The translations under genes and the position numbers were made by a program. Positions 42,586 through 52,041 of a stretch of DNA of 64,000 bases are shown here, piece after piece (positions within the stretch are counted from its first letter, which is position 1; each line of letters begins with the position of its first letter). Location: positions 382 to 64,381 of the forward strand of contig DAINQP010000004.1 of assembly GCA_036742665.1 (NCBI GenBank). Reading direction: 5' to 3'. The DNA comes from Vicinamibacterales bacterium. GTDB lineage: Bacteria; Acidobacteriota; Vicinamibacteria; Vicinamibacterales; UBA2999. A model generated the notes under the pieces. It had not been told where the DNA came from, ran no database searches, and was given only the letters and a program-made list of their open reading frames with translations.

Positions 42586-43962
42586 ATGCCCATCTCTCGC
42601 CGCCTCCTGTTGCAATCGCTGATCGCTCAGCCGCTGCTGGCGCGCGTTGCGTGGGCGCAGGCACGACTCCTCGGCAGACCGAAGCCGCTGCCCGCCGGTG
42701 CCGTCACGCATGACTGGACGTCGTTCCTCGGCCCGACGCACAACGCGGTGTCCACTGAGACGAAGCTGACTCGCACGCTGCCGCCACCACTCATCTGGGA
42801 ATTTTCGAAAGGCACCAGCTATTCATCGCCGGCGATCTCCGGCGATCGGCTCTTGTACATCTACCGCATCGGCAATGAGGAGATCGTCGAATGTCTGGAC
42901 GCTCTGACGGGTGTCAGCCGCTGGCAGTTCAAATACGCCACGGTGTTCGAGGATCGCTACGGCTATAACAACGGACCGCGCGCGAGTCCGGTTATCGATG
43001 GCAACCGCGTGTACACGATGGGGGCCGAAGGGAAGCTACATTCCCTGGACCTCGCCGCGGGCAAGGTGCTGTGGAAGCGCGACCTCCGCGCCGACTACAA
43101 GGTGCCGCAGGATTTCTTCGGCACAGCGTCCTCGCCGCTCGTCGAAGGCCGTGTGCTGATCGTCAACGTCGGTGCACCAGGCGGTCCGTGCGTCGTCGCA
43201 ATGGATACTGCGACGGGGAAAGAAGTGTGGCGCGCCGGCAATGCGTGGGGGCCGAGCTATGCGTCACCGGTACCGGCAGTCGTGCATGGTCAAAGACGTG
43301 TCTTCGTGTTTGCCGGCGGCGAATCCGATCCGCCAACCGGTGGGCTCATGTCGATCGATCCGGCGAACGGCAAGGTGGACTTCTCGTTCCCGTGGCGCAG
43401 CCGTAGTTACGAGTCGGTAAACGCGTCGTGTCCGGTCGTCTTCGACAACAAGGTCTTCATCTCGGCGAGCTATCGCACCGGCGGCGCGCTGTTGCAGATC
43501 AACGCTGACTTCTCGCACAGAGTCCTGTGGACGACGCAGGAGTTTGGGCTGCACTTCAACACGCCCATCTATCGCAACGGGTATCTGTACGGGTTCGATG
43601 GCCGCAATGAACCCGACGCGTCGCTGGCATGTATCGACGTGGCGACGGGAAAAGTTGCGTGGCGCGAGATGCCAGAATGGAACGAGACCGTCGGCGGCCG
43701 TCAGGCCACTGTCGGCACGTACCGCGGTTCGCTACTCGCTGTTGACGGCAGCTATCTCTGCCTCGGCGAGCTCGGACACCTGATGTGGATGGATCTGACG
43801 CCGAAGGGCTACAAGGAAATCTCGCGAGCCTGGCTGTTTCAGGCCCGCGAATCATGGACGCTGCCTGTGCTTAGCCGCGGGTTGCTCTACGTCGCGCAGA
43901 ACACCCGTGAGATCAACCGCGGTACTGCGCCGCGGTTGCTTTGCTACGATCTCCGCGCCTGA
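42586..43962 (+). CDS. Secreted PQQ-like/BamB-like beta-propeller repeat protein
   Basis: Tat-like leader MPISRRLLLQSLIA...AWAQ and repeated ...G.V.W... propeller blades (GVSRWQF, GKVLWKR, GKEVWRA, GKVAWRE). Confidence 0.7.
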   Translation: MPISRRLLLQSLIAQPLLARVAWAQARLLGRPKPLPAGAVTHDWTSFLGPTHNAVSTETKLTRTLPPPLIWEFSKGTSYSSPAISGDRLLYIYRIGNEEIVECLDALTGVSRWQFKYATVFEDRYGYNNGPRASPVIDGNRVYTMGAEGKLHSLDLAAGKVLWKRDLRADYKVPQDFFGTASSPLVEGRVLIVNVGAPGGPCVVAMDTATGKEVWRAGNAWGPSYASPVPAVVHGQRRVFVFAGGESDPPTGGLMSIDPANGKVDFSFPWRSRSYESVNASCPVVFDNKVFISASYRTGGALLQINADFSHRVLWTTQEFGLHFNTPIYRNGYLYGFDGRNEPDASLACIDVATGKVAWREMPEWNETVGGRQATVGTYRGSLLAVDGSYLCLGELGHLMWMDLTPKGYKEISRAWLFQARESWTLPVLSRGLLYVAQNTREINRGTAPRLLCYDLRA

Positions 43963-43988
43963 GCCCTGCCTGCCACACGCACTCGAGC

Positions 43989-44618
43989 TCATCGTGGCAA
44001 CGCGGGTTCAGCGATGATGCCTGTGGCGAGAACGGCCGGCGCGCTCTGCTGCGGTTCCATCTGATAGCCGTACACGAACTGCTTGAACTCAGGGTGCAGA
44101 AAATCGGCGCCGAACTTGAACTGTTTCATCTCTTTGAATGCCTGCTCAGCGCCCCATTTGTCGTGAGTTATGCGATAGACCGCCGTCATGACACCCGTAC
44201 GATGTCGCCCGCCAGCGCAGTGCACATAGACCGGCTGGTTCGCCGGGTCGTTGACCAGTTTCAAAAATGAAGCGAGCTGTTCTCTGGTCGGCGCCACGCG
44301 GGTGGTCATGCCGATGCGCTTGAACTTCATGCCGGCTGCCTCGACGAGCTTTTGCTCGGCGGGATCGAACTCGCGCTGAAGATCGATGACCGTCTTCACG
44401 CCGAGCGCCGCGAGATCGGTGTAGTCGCGGCCGGTCGGCTGGGCTCCGCGGAAGTAGTTCGCGTTGACCTCGCCAAAGTTGTCGATGTGAATCCGCGTGC
44501 GTGACGCGCTGGCGCCAGTGGATGTGGTTTTGTCGGCGGCGGCAGTACCGACGACTGGCGACAGCGCAAGCGCCGAGGTTAAAGCGAACGACAGCACAGC
44601 TCTCTGGACGTGGCCCAT
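43989..44618 (-). CDS. Secreted CX5R protein-tyrosine/dual-specificity (PTPLP-type) phosphatase
   Basis: Signal peptide MGHVQRAVLSFALTSALALSPVVG; VYVHCAGGRHRTGVM P-loop. Confidence 0.75.
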   Translation of the reverse strand: MGHVQRAVLSFALTSALALSPVVGTAAADKTTSTGASASRTRIHIDNFGEVNANYFRGAQPTGRDYTDLAALGVKTVIDLQREFDPAEQKLVEAAGMKFKRIGMTTRVAPTREQLASFLKLVNDPANQPVYVHCAGGRHRTGVMTAVYRITHDKWGAEQAFKEMKQFKFGADFLHPEFKQFVYGYQMEPQQSAPAVLATGIIAEPALPR

Positions 44619-44822
44619 GGGACACCTTCGATCGTATTGAGTTCGAGCTCTGACGCGGCTGCGTCGGTTCATGGCCCTAACGGGCAACTGCAGTGCCATG
44701 TGTTCTTGTGACGTTCGATGCACGGTTCGTGGTTTGTATAGCCGAGCCGTGCTACGGATGCCGTGAATTTTCCGCGTCGCAGCGACAAGGAAGACAACTC
44801 GGCTGCTGTGGCACTGCCTTAA

Positions 44823-44840
44823 TTGTCATCGTGCGTTCAT
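44823..44840 (+). promoter_or_regulatory. Pho-box-like direct repeat upstream of the second PAP2 gene
   Basis: TTGTCAT cgtg CGTTCAT (7-4-7; compare the E. coli consensus CTGTCAT-N4-CTGTCAT). TACCAT lies 11 nt downstream as a possible -10, with GGAGG and then the ATG at 44873. Confidence 0.35.
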
Positions 44841-44872
44841 GGATATGTCCGTACCATGACGATGGAGGCACG

Positions 44873-45682
44873 ATGCGCGCGAGATGGGCCGCACGAGTGA
44901 TGTTGGCGCTGGTGGTGGCCACGACTCAGGCCGCCGCTCAAACGCCGGAACCACCACCAACGGAATCCGCACAAGGCGGACAGGACACAGTGCCGCCCGT
45001 TGAGCACACCGGCTGGAAGACGCTGATCAAGGACACGGGCCGAGACTTTGTGGCGTTTCCACGACGCAAATCCACATGGGTCCTGCTCGCGGGCGGAGGC
45101 GTCGCGGCGCTCGCGGTCCATCCGGCTGACGACTATGTCCAGAGCCACATCCTCGGGAACGACGCCGCCGACAAATTCTTCAAACCCGGCAAGATCATTG
45201 GGGGCGCGCCGTTTCAGTTCGGTGTGTCCGTGGGGTTGTGGGCGGTCGGACGCTACATCGTTCCGGCGAAGGACGGGTCGCGTACCAACAAGCTCTCGCA
45301 TCTCGGGTTCGACCTGATGCGCGCGCAAATCGTCTCGCAGGCATTGGTCCAGGGCATCAAATACACGGCGCAGCGCGATCGGCCGACCGGTGAGTGCTGC
45401 GCCTTTCCCTCTGGTCATGCCGCCACCGCATTTGCAGCTGCGTCAGTCGTCGAGCGGCATTTCGGCTATCGCGCATCGTGGCCGGCGCTGCTGGCAGCGA
45501 GTTATGTCGGCGCCTCGAGGCTGGTCGAGAACCGCCACTGGTTGAGTGACGTCGTCTTTGGTGCGGCTCTGGGCGAAGCCGTTGGATGGACGATTGTCGG
45601 ACGTCATGGCCGATCGGAGTACGCCTTGCAGCCCGTGCCTGTGCCCGGGGGGATGATGGTGGCGCTCGTGCGAACGCCGTGA
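44873..45682 (+). CDS. PAP2-family phosphatase (paralog of 27919-28740)
   Basis: Signal peptide; KYTAQRDRPTG ... AFPSGHAA ... ASRLVENRHWLSDV. Confidence 0.8.
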   Translation: MRARWAARVMLALVVATTQAAAQTPEPPPTESAQGGQDTVPPVEHTGWKTLIKDTGRDFVAFPRRKSTWVLLAGGGVAALAVHPADDYVQSHILGNDAADKFFKPGKIIGGAPFQFGVSVGLWAVGRYIVPAKDGSRTNKLSHLGFDLMRAQIVSQALVQGIKYTAQRDRPTGECCAFPSGHAATAFAAASVVERHFGYRASWPALLAASYVGASRLVENRHWLSDVVFGAALGEAVGWTIVGRHGRSEYALQPVPVPGGMMVALVRTP

Positions 45683-45744
45683 CTCCCGATCCACTCAGTC
45701 CGCGACTCCGGGTGTATTCTGGCCCCGGATAACCACTCGGACTT

Positions 45745-46428
45745 ATGCGCATCCTCCTCGTGGAAGACGAGCCGCGTGCGGCGCAGATGCTGGCGAGAGG
45801 TCTTCGCGAACAGACGTATGCCGTCGATGTCGCGGGCGACGGCGACGAGGCGCTCTACCACGCGTCGATCACTGACTACGACGCGGTGATCCTCGACGTC
45901 ATGCTGCCGCGGCGCGACGGGTTCAGCGTGTGTCAGCAGCTGCGTGCGTCGGGCTCCACGGTTCCGGTCCTGATGTTGACGGCCCGCGACGAGATTGAGT
46001 CGCGCATCGAGGGTCTGGATATCGGCGCCGACGATTACGTCACCAAGCCATTCGACTTCGGCGAGCTGCTCGCCCGCCTGCGCGCGTTGACCCGCCGCGG
46101 CCATCGGCCGCTGACCCCGCATCGCCTCACCGTTGGTCCGCTGGAGATCGACACGCGCGCGCGTCGCGTGACTCGTTCGGGAACGGTGCTCGAGCTCACC
46201 TCGCGCGAGTACGCACTGCTCGAGTTCTTGATGCTCAACGCTGGCGCGGTCGTCGGGCGCGCGCTCATCGCGGAGCACGTGTGGGACAACGACTACGAGC
46301 CGCTGTCGAACGTCATCGATGTGTATATTCAGCGATTGCGCCGCAAGATCGAACGGCCGGGCACGCGCGCACTGCTGGTCACGCGGCGCGGCGAAGGCTA
46401 CATGATCGAGACGGGCGACGCGACGTGA
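45745..46428 (+). CDS. OmpR-family response regulator (CusR/CopR-like)
   Basis: MRILLVEDEPR...DAVILDVMLPRRDG...GADDYVTKPFDFGEL...IDVYIQRLRRKI. Confidence 0.85.
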   Translation: MRILLVEDEPRAAQMLARGLREQTYAVDVAGDGDEALYHASITDYDAVILDVMLPRRDGFSVCQQLRASGSTVPVLMLTARDEIESRIEGLDIGADDYVTKPFDFGELLARLRALTRRGHRPLTPHRLTVGPLEIDTRARRVTRSGTVLELTSREYALLEFLMLNAGAVVGRALIAEHVWDNDYEPLSNVIDVYIQRLRRKIERPGTRALLVTRRGEGYMIETGDAT

Positions 46429-47879
46429 GCTTGTCCATCCGCGCACGCCTGTCGTTGTCCTATTCGGCGCTCGTCCTCGCGGTCCTGGCGACCGCGACTG
46501 TGGTCATCGCCGGTATCGAATCGCGGAGCAGTCTGGCCCGCCTTGACGCGGAGCTGCAGCGTCTCAACCTGACCCTCGGCGCCGTCATGCTCAACGAATT
46601 TGGCGAGGGTCTCGATTTGTCCGGTGCGGCACTGGAAGCGAGCTCCGAGGTGGTCACTCCGGGACGCATTCTGCTGATCGCAAAAGAGGACGGATCAATC
46701 GTGCGAGCGTGGGGTGGCACGGTCCCCTCGTCCTGGCATCCGGATGTCGCATCGCCAAACGCCGCTGCCTCGTCAGTGACACTGAACGGCGCGAACTATC
46801 GAACGGCCGCACGCCGCGTCGTCGCGGACGGGCGCCACGCCTTTGTGGTCGTGGTCCTGGCCGCGATGGCGCCCCTCGAAGAAGATCGGCGCGAACTGTT
46901 CGGCACACTGAGCGTCGGCATCGCCGCTGCGCTGATGGTCGCTGTACTTGGCGGCTTGCTGATTGGGAAGCTCGCACTGCGTCCGCTCTCGGCGATGGCC
47001 GAACAGGCTGCCGCGCTCGGCGAACGCAATTTCACAACACGACTGGCCGCTCCTAATCCCCGCGACGAGCTCGGCCGGCTCGCATCAGCATTCAACGGAC
47101 TGCTTGGCCGGCTGTTATCGGTGCTGTCATCGCAACGCCAATTCATGGCTGACGCCTCGCATCAGCTGCGCACACCAGTGTCGGTGTTGCGAACCACCGC
47201 CGATGTGACGCTTCGTCAGCCGCATCGGCCCGAACACGATTACCGTGAGGCGATCACCATCGCTGCCGAGCAAGCCGTCCGGCTGACCAAGCTGGTGGAC
47301 GCGATGTTCGTGTTGTCACGGGCGGAAGCGGGTGGCCGCACGCTCCGCCCCGAACCGGTGTATCTCGACGAGATTGTTGCGGACTGCGTTCGCGAGCTGA
47401 GTGTGATCGCCGCGGAGCGAGGCGTGCGAGTGGTCGCGATAGGCGACACCGACGTGCCTTTTGTTGGCGATGACGACTGCCTGCGGCAGTTGTTCACGAA
47501 TCTGTTGGACAACGCGTCCGCGCACACACGCGCCGGCGGTCTCGTGACCGCCGATACTCACGTTGCTGAACACCAGATTCGCGTGCGTATCACCGATCAA
47601 GGCGAAGGGATCCCGACCGCCGATCGCGAGAGAATCTTCGAACGGTTCACCCGACTCGATCAACGACGTCCAGGTGCCGGCCTCGGACTCCCGATTGCGC
47701 GGTGGATGGCCGAAGCGCATGGCGGCACGCTCGAACTCGATTCGTCCAGCAGCGAGGGCAGTGTGTTCGTCGTGACGCTGCCGCGCGCGGTCCGAGCTGA
47801 CGCCACGCCAGCGCGATCTGACGCTCAGGGATTCGCCATCCCGACAACGGGCACACTGAAGGAATCGGGCACCGGCTGA
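46425..47879 (+). CDS. Sensor histidine kinase (TM-periplasmic-TM, HAMP, HisKA, HATPase)
   Basis: GTGA overlap with the regulator stop. FMADASHQLRTPVSVL H-box; NLLDNA, DQGEGI and GAGLGLPIA boxes. Confidence 0.8.
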   Translation: MSLSIRARLSLSYSALVLAVLATATVVIAGIESRSSLARLDAELQRLNLTLGAVMLNEFGEGLDLSGAALEASSEVVTPGRILLIAKEDGSIVRAWGGTVPSSWHPDVASPNAAASSVTLNGANYRTAARRVVADGRHAFVVVVLAAMAPLEEDRRELFGTLSVGIAAALMVAVLGGLLIGKLALRPLSAMAEQAAALGERNFTTRLAAPNPRDELGRLASAFNGLLGRLLSVLSSQRQFMADASHQLRTPVSVLRTTADVTLRQPHRPEHDYREAITIAAEQAVRLTKLVDAMFVLSRAEAGGRTLRPEPVYLDEIVADCVRELSVIAAERGVRVVAIGDTDVPFVGDDDCLRQLFTNLLDNASAHTRAGGLVTADTHVAEHQIRVRITDQGEGIPTADRERIFERFTRLDQRRPGAGLGLPIARWMAEAHGGTLELDSSSSEGSVFVVTLPRAVRADATPARSDAQGFAIPTTGTLKESGTG

Positions 47880-47908
47880 GGCTTGACGAGCGCTTTCCTT
47901 CGCAGCCT

Positions 47909-50900
47909 CTACGTCCTTTCCGGCCGGCGACGCCTTCGATGAAACACTGAATACAGCCCGGGGATCGCCAGTAGCGTCACTGGTGTCGAGAGCGTGAGGC
48001 CGCCAATCACTGCCAGGGCCAGCGGCTTCTGCAATTCAGCGCCCGCGCCCAGTCCGAACGCGAGCGGCAGCAGGCCGAATAGCGTGCAGCAGGTCGTCAT
48101 GAGAATCGGCCGCAGCCGGATTCGACCCGCGTGCGCAATCGCCTCGTCGAACGGCTCGCCGCGTTCGTGCAGATGTTCTGAGACGTCGAGCAGCATGATG
48201 CCGTTCTTCACGACGAGGCCGATCAACAGAATCAGGCCCATCGCAGCGGTGACGTTCAGCTCCGTTCCCGTCAACGCCAGCGGCAGGAACGCGCCGCCGA
48301 GCGAGAGGGGAGCGGCGAGCAGGATCAGCGTGGCCGGAAGCCACGCGCGGAAATGGACGATGAGAATAGTGAAAACCAGCACGACCGCCAGCCCACACAC
48401 CATCAGCAATTCACGAAACGCCTGCTGCTGCGACTCACGCTGGCCACCGATCTCGTAGGTGTAGCCAACCGGTAACTTGAGATCCTTCAAGCGCGATTGA
48501 ATCTCGTTGACGGCACTTCCCATATCGCGCCGCTCGAGACGGGCGGAGACGAGCGCCATTTGCCGGAGGTTCTCGCGCAGCAACTCCGCCTGGCCGTTGG
48601 CGCGCGTCGTGTGCGCCAGGCTCGACAGCGGCACGAGACCACCTTCGCTGGTTCGGATGAGCGTCTCCGGCAACCGAGTGGGATCGAATCTGAACGTGTC
48701 TTCCAGACGAACGCGAACCGGGACGCGGCGATCGAGGAGACGAAGGTCGGTTGGCACATCACCGAGCCATGACGCCGACATCTGCTGGCCGACCTGCTCC
48801 ACCGTCAGTCCCACGCGGGCTGCGGCCACCGGATCGATCTGCCAGGTGACTTCAGGATTACCGCGCTGCATGCCGACAACGTCGACGACGCCGCTGACCT
48901 TCTCGAGCAACTGTTCGACGGAGTCGGCAATGCGCTCGAGCGCGTCGGGATCGTCGCCGAATACCTTGACTTCGATCGGCGTCGGCGCACCTTCGAGGTC
49001 GCCGAGCATGTCCTGCAGCAGCTGGACGAACTCGATCTCGGCGAGCGGTGCCGCCTCGTGCAAAGAGGGACGCATCGCCGAAATGATGTCCTCCGAGGAT
49101 CGATCGCGCTGGTCGCGCGGCTTCAGCCGGACGAGGATGTCGCCGGAATTCTGCGCGGTCGCGAACAGACCCAACTCCGATCCAGTCCGTCGTGAGTACG
49201 ACGCCACGTCGGGAACACCGGCGATGACGCGTTCCATCGCCCGCACCTGCCGGTCTGTTTCCTCGAGCGAGGAGCCCGCCGGCGTCAGGTAGTCGATCAC
49301 GAACCCGCCTTCATCAGCCTTGGGCAGGAAGCCGGTGCCCACCGAGTAGAACCCGATGACGCTTGCCGCGGCGAGGATTACCGCCAGCAAGATGGCTGCG
49401 ACGGGCCGTTTCACGATCGTCGTCAAGGCACGAGCGTATGTCTGCGTCAGCCTCGTCTCAGCGCCTCCAGGCTGCCGTTTCATATGGTGACGACGAAATG
49501 CCCATCGCGCCATCATCGGCACTACCGTGATCGAGAGCGCAAGCGATAGCAGGACCGCCACAGCAAGACTCGTAGAGAGCGCACGGAAAAACTGACCGAT
49601 GACTCCGGACAGCAGGCCAAGCGGCATGAAGACGACGACCGTCGTCAGCGTCGAGCTCACCAGCGGTCCCATCAACTGCTGCACGGCGTCGATGACGGTC
49701 TCGTCGCCTTCCGACGCCCGCCGGTGGATGTTCTCGACCACCACCACGGCATCGTCAATGACCAGGCCGATGGCGACGGCGAGTCCGCCCATCGACATCA
49801 GGTTGATCGAACCGTGGAAGAGCCGCAGGAACACGAACGTCGGGATGACCGCAAGCGGCAGCGTAGATGCGGCAATCAGCGTCAGCCGGACGTCGCGGAG
49901 GAACAGAATCAAGACTACGACGGCGAGGACGCCGCCGATGAGAATGGCGTCGCGCACGTTGGCGATCGCGGCGCTGACGAATTCGGCGAGGTCATAGACC
50001 TTGGTCAACCGGATGCCCGAGGGCAACGACGTCGCGAGCGTCGCCAGGGCGGCATCGACGCCTTGCTTGACGGCCAGGATGTTGGCTTCGATCTGCTGAG
50101 AGATGCTGATCGAGATTGCGTCGCGGCCGTTGCCGGTGATGAGCAGCGTGCGATCGGGTGAACCCGGCGTGACGCGTCCGATATCCGACACGCGAATGGT
50201 CGCGCCGTTCTTCACCACCACCGGCGCGTCGGCGATCTGTTCGGCAGACTGCCATAGACCTGAGGCGAGCGACAGGTGCTGCTGCCCGGACTGTGGAAAG
50301 CGGCCGACCGGGAGCAGCTGGTTCTGGGCCTTCAGCGCATCAGCGACATCGACCACTGATAGACCGGCGGCTGACAGCCGCGTCGGATCGAGCGCCACCT
50401 CGATCTCACGAGAGTCGCTGGCCAGTACTTCGATGCGTCCCGCACCGGGGACGCGCGCGAGCTCGGGCTTGACGACATAGGTCGCGAAGTCGTTCAAGTC
50501 CGGTGTCGGGAGCGATCCCGTCATGCTCAGGATCAAGATCGGGAACACCGCAGGGGTCAGCCGCTCGACCGTCAGATCGAGGTCGGTCGGCAGTTCTCCG
50601 CGCGCCTCTGCGAGACGGTTCTGTACCTGCTGCAGCGCCACGATCATGTCGGTCGCCGGATCGAATTGTGCCGAGATCTCGGCGGCGCCGCGAATGCTGC
50701 GCGAACGGACGCGGCGAATGCCTGGCACTTCCATCACCGCGGTTTCGATCGGACGCGTGACGGTCAGCGTCATCGACTGCGGCGGCAGTGTTCCGCTGCG
50801 AGCGATGATCACGATGCGCGGAAACTGCAGTGGGGGATAGATGCCACTGGGCAAGGTGAAGGCGGCAATCGCACCGGCAACCACCAGCGCGAACGTCACG

Positions 50901-50947
50901 AGCAGCGCGGCCCGTGAATGCCTGGCGGCGACAGCGGCAACGCTCAT
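47909..50947 (-). CDS. RND efflux transporter inner-membrane permease (AcrB/CusA/CzcA superfamily)
   Basis: 1012 aa, 12-TM RND architecture with two large periplasmic loops. The start overlaps the MFP stop. Confidence 0.9.
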   Translation of the reverse strand: MSVAAVAARHSRAALLVTFALVVAGAIAAFTLPSGIYPPLQFPRIVIIARSGTLPPQSMTLTVTRPIETAVMEVPGIRRVRSRSIRGAAEISAQFDPATDMIVALQQVQNRLAEARGELPTDLDLTVERLTPAVFPILILSMTGSLPTPDLNDFATYVVKPELARVPGAGRIEVLASDSREIEVALDPTRLSAAGLSVVDVADALKAQNQLLPVGRFPQSGQQHLSLASGLWQSAEQIADAPVVVKNGATIRVSDIGRVTPGSPDRTLLITGNGRDAISISISQQIEANILAVKQGVDAALATLATSLPSGIRLTKVYDLAEFVSAAIANVRDAILIGGVLAVVVLILFLRDVRLTLIAASTLPLAVIPTFVFLRLFHGSINLMSMGGLAVAIGLVIDDAVVVVENIHRRASEGDETVIDAVQQLMGPLVSSTLTTVVVFMPLGLLSGVIGQFFRALSTSLAVAVLLSLALSITVVPMMARWAFRRHHMKRQPGGAETRLTQTYARALTTIVKRPVAAILLAVILAAASVIGFYSVGTGFLPKADEGGFVIDYLTPAGSSLEETDRQVRAMERVIAGVPDVASYSRRTGSELGLFATAQNSGDILVRLKPRDQRDRSSEDIISAMRPSLHEAAPLAEIEFVQLLQDMLGDLEGAPTPIEVKVFGDDPDALERIADSVEQLLEKVSGVVDVVGMQRGNPEVTWQIDPVAAARVGLTVEQVGQQMSASWLGDVPTDLRLLDRRVPVRVRLEDTFRFDPTRLPETLIRTSEGGLVPLSSLAHTTRANGQAELLRENLRQMALVSARLERRDMGSAVNEIQSRLKDLKLPVGYTYEIGGQRESQQQAFRELLMVCGLAVVLVFTILIVHFRAWLPATLILLAAPLSLGGAFLPLALTGTELNVTAAMGLILLIGLVVKNGIMLLDVSEHLHERGEPFDEAIAHAGRIRLRPILMTTCCTLFGLLPLAFGLGAGAELQKPLALAVIGGLTLSTPVTLLAIPGLYSVFHRRRRRPERT

Positions 50948-52041
50948 TTCTCGTCTCGGGCTGCGAGCGTGACCTTCGCGCCATCGGGAAGGCCGTTCTG
51001 CCCGGATGTGATCACCATCTCGCCCAGTTTGACGCCGCTGATGATCTCGACGCGGCCGCCGTTCTCAATTCCGATCTTCACCTCGCGCCGCTTCGCGGTC
51101 TCGTTCTCGACCACGAAGACCGCATTCTCCTCGCCCTCGCGCACGATGGCCGATGCCGGAACGAGCACCGCGTTCATATGCGTGTCGGTCTCGATGCCGA
51201 CCTGCACCGGCGTACCGACCGGGTAACGAGTCGGTTTCGCGAAGGCGATCCGAACCGCGACGGTGGCCGTCCCGGGTTGGACGGCTGCAGGTCGCGCCAC
51301 GACTTTCAGGCTGTTGTCACCCGCGCTTGCCGGTGCGTCAACGATCCGCGCCGGTGCACCAACCCTGATACTCAGCGAGTCCAGGATTGGTACGGATGCG
51401 ATGACTTCGACTCGCCGTGGATCGACTACGCGAAGGACCGCGTCGGCAGCGGTGGCTTCCACAAGATCGCCCGGGTTATGCGATCGCTTGGCGACGATGC
51501 CATCGAACGTGGCACGAACGACGCTCCTCGCGGCCATCGCTCCCGCAGCCGTCGTCGCTGCCTGTGCGGCGGCAACGTCCGCTTCTGCATCCGCGATCTC
51601 CCTGGTGGCATCTTCGACTTCCTTGCGCGCCGCGACACCGCGGTCGAACAAGTCTCTCGCCCTGGCGAGGGCGGCGCGCGCGTTCTCGAGCCGTGCCTGC
51701 GCGCGCTTGGTTTCTGCATCCTGCTTCGACACTTCCGCGGCGGTTGAGGGGATCTCGAATCGTACGAGGACGTCACCGCGCTTCACCGTGTCGCCCTCGG
51801 CCTTCGGTATCTCGACGATGCGAGCAGGCTCGGGCGCGACGACCAGCAGCTCTGCGCCAGGCGCTGGGGCGACGAGCCCTGTCGCATGCGCTTCGGCGGT
51901 AATCGATCCGGTTTCCGCCGCCATTGCCGTCACCGGGACAACCGTCTCGCTGTCGATTTCTTCCGGTGCGTCTCGATGACACGCGACACCCCAGAAGGTG
52001 ATGCCGACGATCGCGAGCCACGCGGCTGTGCGAGTGATCAT
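50944..52041 (-). CDS. RND efflux periplasmic adaptor (membrane fusion protein)
   Basis: Lipoprotein-like N-terminus (..GVACH), a coiled-coil hairpin (AEVSKQDAETKRAQARLENARAALARARDLF) and a beta-barrel domain. Confidence 0.85.
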   Translation of the reverse strand: MITRTAAWLAIVGITFWGVACHRDAPEEIDSETVVPVTAMAAETGSITAEAHATGLVAPAPGAELLVVAPEPARIVEIPKAEGDTVKRGDVLVRFEIPSTAAEVSKQDAETKRAQARLENARAALARARDLFDRGVAARKEVEDATREIADAEADVAAAQAATTAAGAMAARSVVRATFDGIVAKRSHNPGDLVEATAADAVLRVVDPRRVEVIASVPILDSLSIRVGAPARIVDAPASAGDNSLKVVARPAAVQPGTATVAVRIAFAKPTRYPVGTPVQVGIETDTHMNAVLVPASAIVREGEENAVFVVENETAKRREVKIGIENGGRVEIISGVKLGEMVITSGQNGLPDGAKVTLAARDEK

